Part shown: in pieces, positions 61,489 to 64,000 of the stretch
Layout: each line of letters opens with the position of its first letter
Position numbering within the stretch: position 1 is the first letter of the stretch
DNA from: Candidatus Eiseniibacteriota bacterium
Lineage (GTDB): Bacteria > Eisenbacteria > RBG-16-71-46 > CAVPCR01
Assembly (NCBI GenBank): GCA_963823555.1
Contig: CAWGMA010000001.1
Span: 448,001 to 512,000 of the forward strand
Direction of reading: 5' to 3'
DNA: 64,000 bases
Translations under genes and position numbers: made by a program
The notes under the pieces: model-generated
The model's database searches: none
Seen by the model: the letters and a program-made list of their open reading frames with translations, nothing else
What the model was told of the DNA's origin: nothing

Positions 61489-64000
61489 ATGAAGGGGCGC
61501 CGTAAGCCGCGCACGGGTTGCAATCGCTCGATTCTCACTCTGCTGCTCTGTCTCTCTGCGCTGGGATCCTCCGCCTCCATGGAGGCGATCGAGGCCGAGG
61601 CGGCGACAAGGGTCGAGGAGGTGCGCTTCGCGGCGAGCGATCTCCGGCTGGAGGAACAGGCGGACGGCACGGTGGTGGTGCGCTACCCGGGAGCGGTAGG
61701 GTCGCCGGCCGGGTCGCCGGATCTGCCGCTCGTGCCGGTGTGGATCGAGGTGCCATCGGGGATGCGGGTGGTGGGGGTCAAGAGCCGGGCCCAGGGGGTG
61801 GCGGAGCTGGGAGTGGTGCGGGTGCGGCCGGTGGCGCCGGACGTGCGCGTGAGCGACGAAGAGAAGGCGGCGGTGGCGGACGCGGAGGTGTACGGGAGCG
61901 CGGGGCCGGTGCCTGGGGAGTGGGCGGTGCTCGCGAGCGAGGGGACGCTCCGCGGTCACCAGCTGGCGGGGGTGCTGGTGTCGCCGGTCAGGTGGTCGCC
62001 GGGGACGGGACGGCTCGAGCGGGCGAGCGTGGTCGAGGTCGAGCTCGTCCTCGAGCCGGGGCGGCCGGCAGGGATGCCGGAGGCGGTCGAGCGGCGGCGG
62101 GTGTCGGCGGCGATCGAGTCGAAGTTCGAGGCGGACGCATCGAAGTGGATCCGCGGGTTCACCCCGGCGGCGGCGACCGAGGGTGGGGGCGATGCGGGGA
62201 GCGGTCCGGCGGGTCCGGGGCCGTACCAGCCGACGTTCCGGCCGACGACGGACGGGAGCGCGGTGGAGTACGTGGTGGTGACGTCGGCGGCGCTGGCGGG
62301 GGAGTTCCAGCGGCTGGCGGACTGGAAGACGCAGAAGGGGGTGCAGGCGGCGGTCAGGACGGTCGAGTGGATCGACCAGATGTACCCGAACGGGGTGGAT
62401 CGGGCGGAGCGGGTCCGGTTCTTCATCCGTGACGCGTACCAGAACTGGGGGACGCGCTACGTGCTCCTCGGTGGCGACACCGATATCGTACCCCCGCGCT
62501 ACGCGCAGATGGTCGTCTACAATGCCGAGCAGATTCCCGCTGACTACTACTACGCGTGCCTCGACGGGAACTGGAACGCCGATGGGGATTCGCGCTTCGG
62601 AGAATCGCTCTTCGGCGGTGGGGATGAGTGCGACTTCTATGCCGAGGTGAACGTCGGGCGGGCGCCGGTGTCGACGCTGGCCGAGGCCGATACCTTCGTC
62701 GACAAGACGCTCCTCTACGAGCAGAACCCGCCGCTCTCCTCCCGTTACCCGGCCTCCTTCCTCGCCCTCGCCGAGCGCCTCTTCACCGATATTCACGGTG
62801 CCGACATCGCCGAGGAGGCGATTGACTTCCTGCCGCCATGGATGCGCGTCGTCCGGCTGTACGAGGAGTCGGCGAGCTATCCGGGGTCGATCGAGCTGAC
62901 GAAGGACGCAGCGATCGACTCGATCGACGCCGGGTTCGGGATCGTGCACCATGTCGGCCACGGCTATCGCAACACCATGTCGCTGGGTAGTGGCACGATG
63001 TCGAACGGGGATGCGGACAACCTGGTGAACGCGCCGCGGAACTCGGTGGTGTTCGCCATCAACTGCAGCTCCGCCTCGATCGACTTCAACTCGATCGGGG
63101 AGCGCTGGGTGAAGAACCCGAACGGCGGCTCGATCGCCTATCTGGGCACCTCCCGTCTCTCCTTCGTGGCGGCTGCCGAGACCTACCAGGGCGAGTGGTA
63201 TGCCCGGGTGTGGCAGGACTCGGTGCGAAGCCTCGGTCCTGTCACTGATTTTGCCCGCCAGTCCCTCATCCCGGGTTCCGACTACGACTCGGCGAACCGC
63301 TGGAACTTGCTGGCGACGACGTTGCTGGGGGATCCGGAGGTGGATCTGTACACGAACGCGGTGGTGCCGCTCGTGGTGACGCATGCCTCGACGACACCGA
63401 TCGGGGGCTCGCCCTTGTCGGTGACGGTGACGGCCGGGGGGTCGCCGGTGGCGGGAGCGACGGTGACGTTGTGGAAGGCGGGGGAGAGCTATGTCAGGGG
63501 GGTGACGGGAGCGAACGGTCAGGCGCAGCTGGCGGTGGGGGCGAACACGCCGGGGGCGATGACGGTGACGGTGCACAAGAGCTACTACCGGCCGTACGTG
63601 GGGACGGTGACGGCGACGAGCGCGAGCGGGCCGTACGTGTACGTGACGGGTCTGGTGGTGGACGACGACAACGTGGGCCAGTCGAGCGGGGACGGGGACG
63701 GGCGGGCGGATGCGGGGGAGACGGTGGAGCTCCGGGTGACGCTCCGGAACGGGGGAGGGGGGCAGGTGACGGGGCTGGTGGGGACGATCTCGGAGAACGA
63801 TCCGGAGAACGCGCTGACGATCGTCCAGGCGACGGTGAGTTACGGGACGATCGCTCCGGGGGGTAGCACGCAGGGCAGTGGGGCCTTCGTGGTGACGATC
63901 GCGGAGAACGCGCCGGTGGCGTACCAGCCGGTGCTGACGGTGGTGGCGGCGGGGACGCAGGGGACGTGGGTGGACCCGGTGGTGCTGCCGCTCCGGCGGC
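61489..64000 (+). CDS. C25 cysteine peptidase, copy 5 (truncated by window end; absent from the ORF track)
   Basis: GAAGGAG RBS, ATG 61489, MKGRRKPRTGCNRSILTLLLCLSALGSS... in frame with the EEVRFAASDL block shared with copies 3 and 4; HHVGHG near 62947 and NC at 63061. Confidence 0.88.
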   Translation, partial: MKGRRKPRTGCNRSILTLLLCLSALGSSASMEAIEAEAATRVEEVRFAASDLRLEEQADGTVVVRYPGAVGSPAGSPDLPLVPVWIEVPSGMRVVGVKSRAQGVAELGVVRVRPVAPDVRVSDEEKAAVADAEVYGSAGPVPGEWAVLASEGTLRGHQLAGVLVSPVRWSPGTGRLERASVVEVELVLEPGRPAGMPEAVERRRVSAAIESKFEADASKWIRGFTPAAATEGGGDAGSGPAGPGPYQPTFRPTTDGSAVEYVVVTSAALAGEFQRLADWKTQKGVQAAVRTVEWIDQMYPNGVDRAERVRFFIRDAYQNWGTRYVLLGGDTDIVPPRYAQMVVYNAEQIPADYYYACLDGNWNADGDSRFGESLFGGGDECDFYAEVNVGRAPVSTLAEADTFVDKTLLYEQNPPLSSRYPASFLALAERLFTDIHGADIAEEAIDFLPPWMRVVRLYEESASYPGSIELTKDAAIDSIDAGFGIVHHVGHGYRNTMSLGSGTMSNGDADNLVNAPRNSVVFAINCSSASIDFNSIGERWVKNPNGGSIAYLGTSRLSFVAAAETYQGEWYARVWQDSVRSLGPVTDFARQSLIPGSDYDSANRWNLLATTLLGDPEVDLYTNAVVPLVVTHASTTPIGGSPLSVTVTAGGSPVAGATVTLWKAGESYVRGVTGANGQAQLAVGANTPGAMTVTVHKSYYRPYVGTVTATSASGPYVYVTGLVVDDDNVGQSSGDGDGRADAGETVELRVTLRNGGGGQVTGLVGTISENDPENALTIVQATVSYGTIAPGGSTQGSGAFVVTIAENAPVAYQPVLTVVAAGTQGTWVDPVVLPLRR

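Noticed and set aside
51663..64000. Diversity-generating retroelement acting on the C25 genes
   Set aside because: No reverse transcriptase in the window, and differences between copies are block-wise and not restricted to adenines.

Overview
GC-rich bacterial chromosomal window. Seven complete genes end in a PNPFNP-type / FlgD-Ig C-terminal domain resembling a type IX secretion sorting signal, which suggests (inference only) an FCB-group lineage such as Eisenbacteria, Krumholzibacteriota or Latescibacterota. From left to right: rlmKL; a divergent, largely translationally coupled redox operon (hemerythrin, two c-type cytochromes, PNPOx-like flavoprotein, PNPOx-GAF-wHTH regulator, rtcB) preceded by 11-bp-phased CTTAG(G/C)A repeats; a complete tol-pal-cpoB cluster; a sigma54-driven FN3 lipoprotein; a 1.2-kb hairpin-rich intergenic region; comM; a SUFU-domain gene; a DUF222/HNH-like endonuclease with a periodic TTCGCGAA array upstream and palindromes at its 3' end; two giant paralogous LamG/FN3/metallophosphoesterase exoproteins separated by an esterase, a PD40 remnant and a VOC gene; a GlmU-like gene, a TPR protein, a PQQ-propeller exoprotein, a short LeuA-like enzyme and etfBA; and a tandem array of at least five ~1600-aa gingipain-like (C25) proteases running off the window end. 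The last three proteases are mosaics of near-identical, strongly G-skewed blocks and variable active-site segments, the most striking signal here. Several frameshifts (rtcB, HNH, both LamG genes) look like long-read indel errors. No rRNA, tRNA or CRISPR array was recognised. All assignments come from motif recognition by eye, not database searches.
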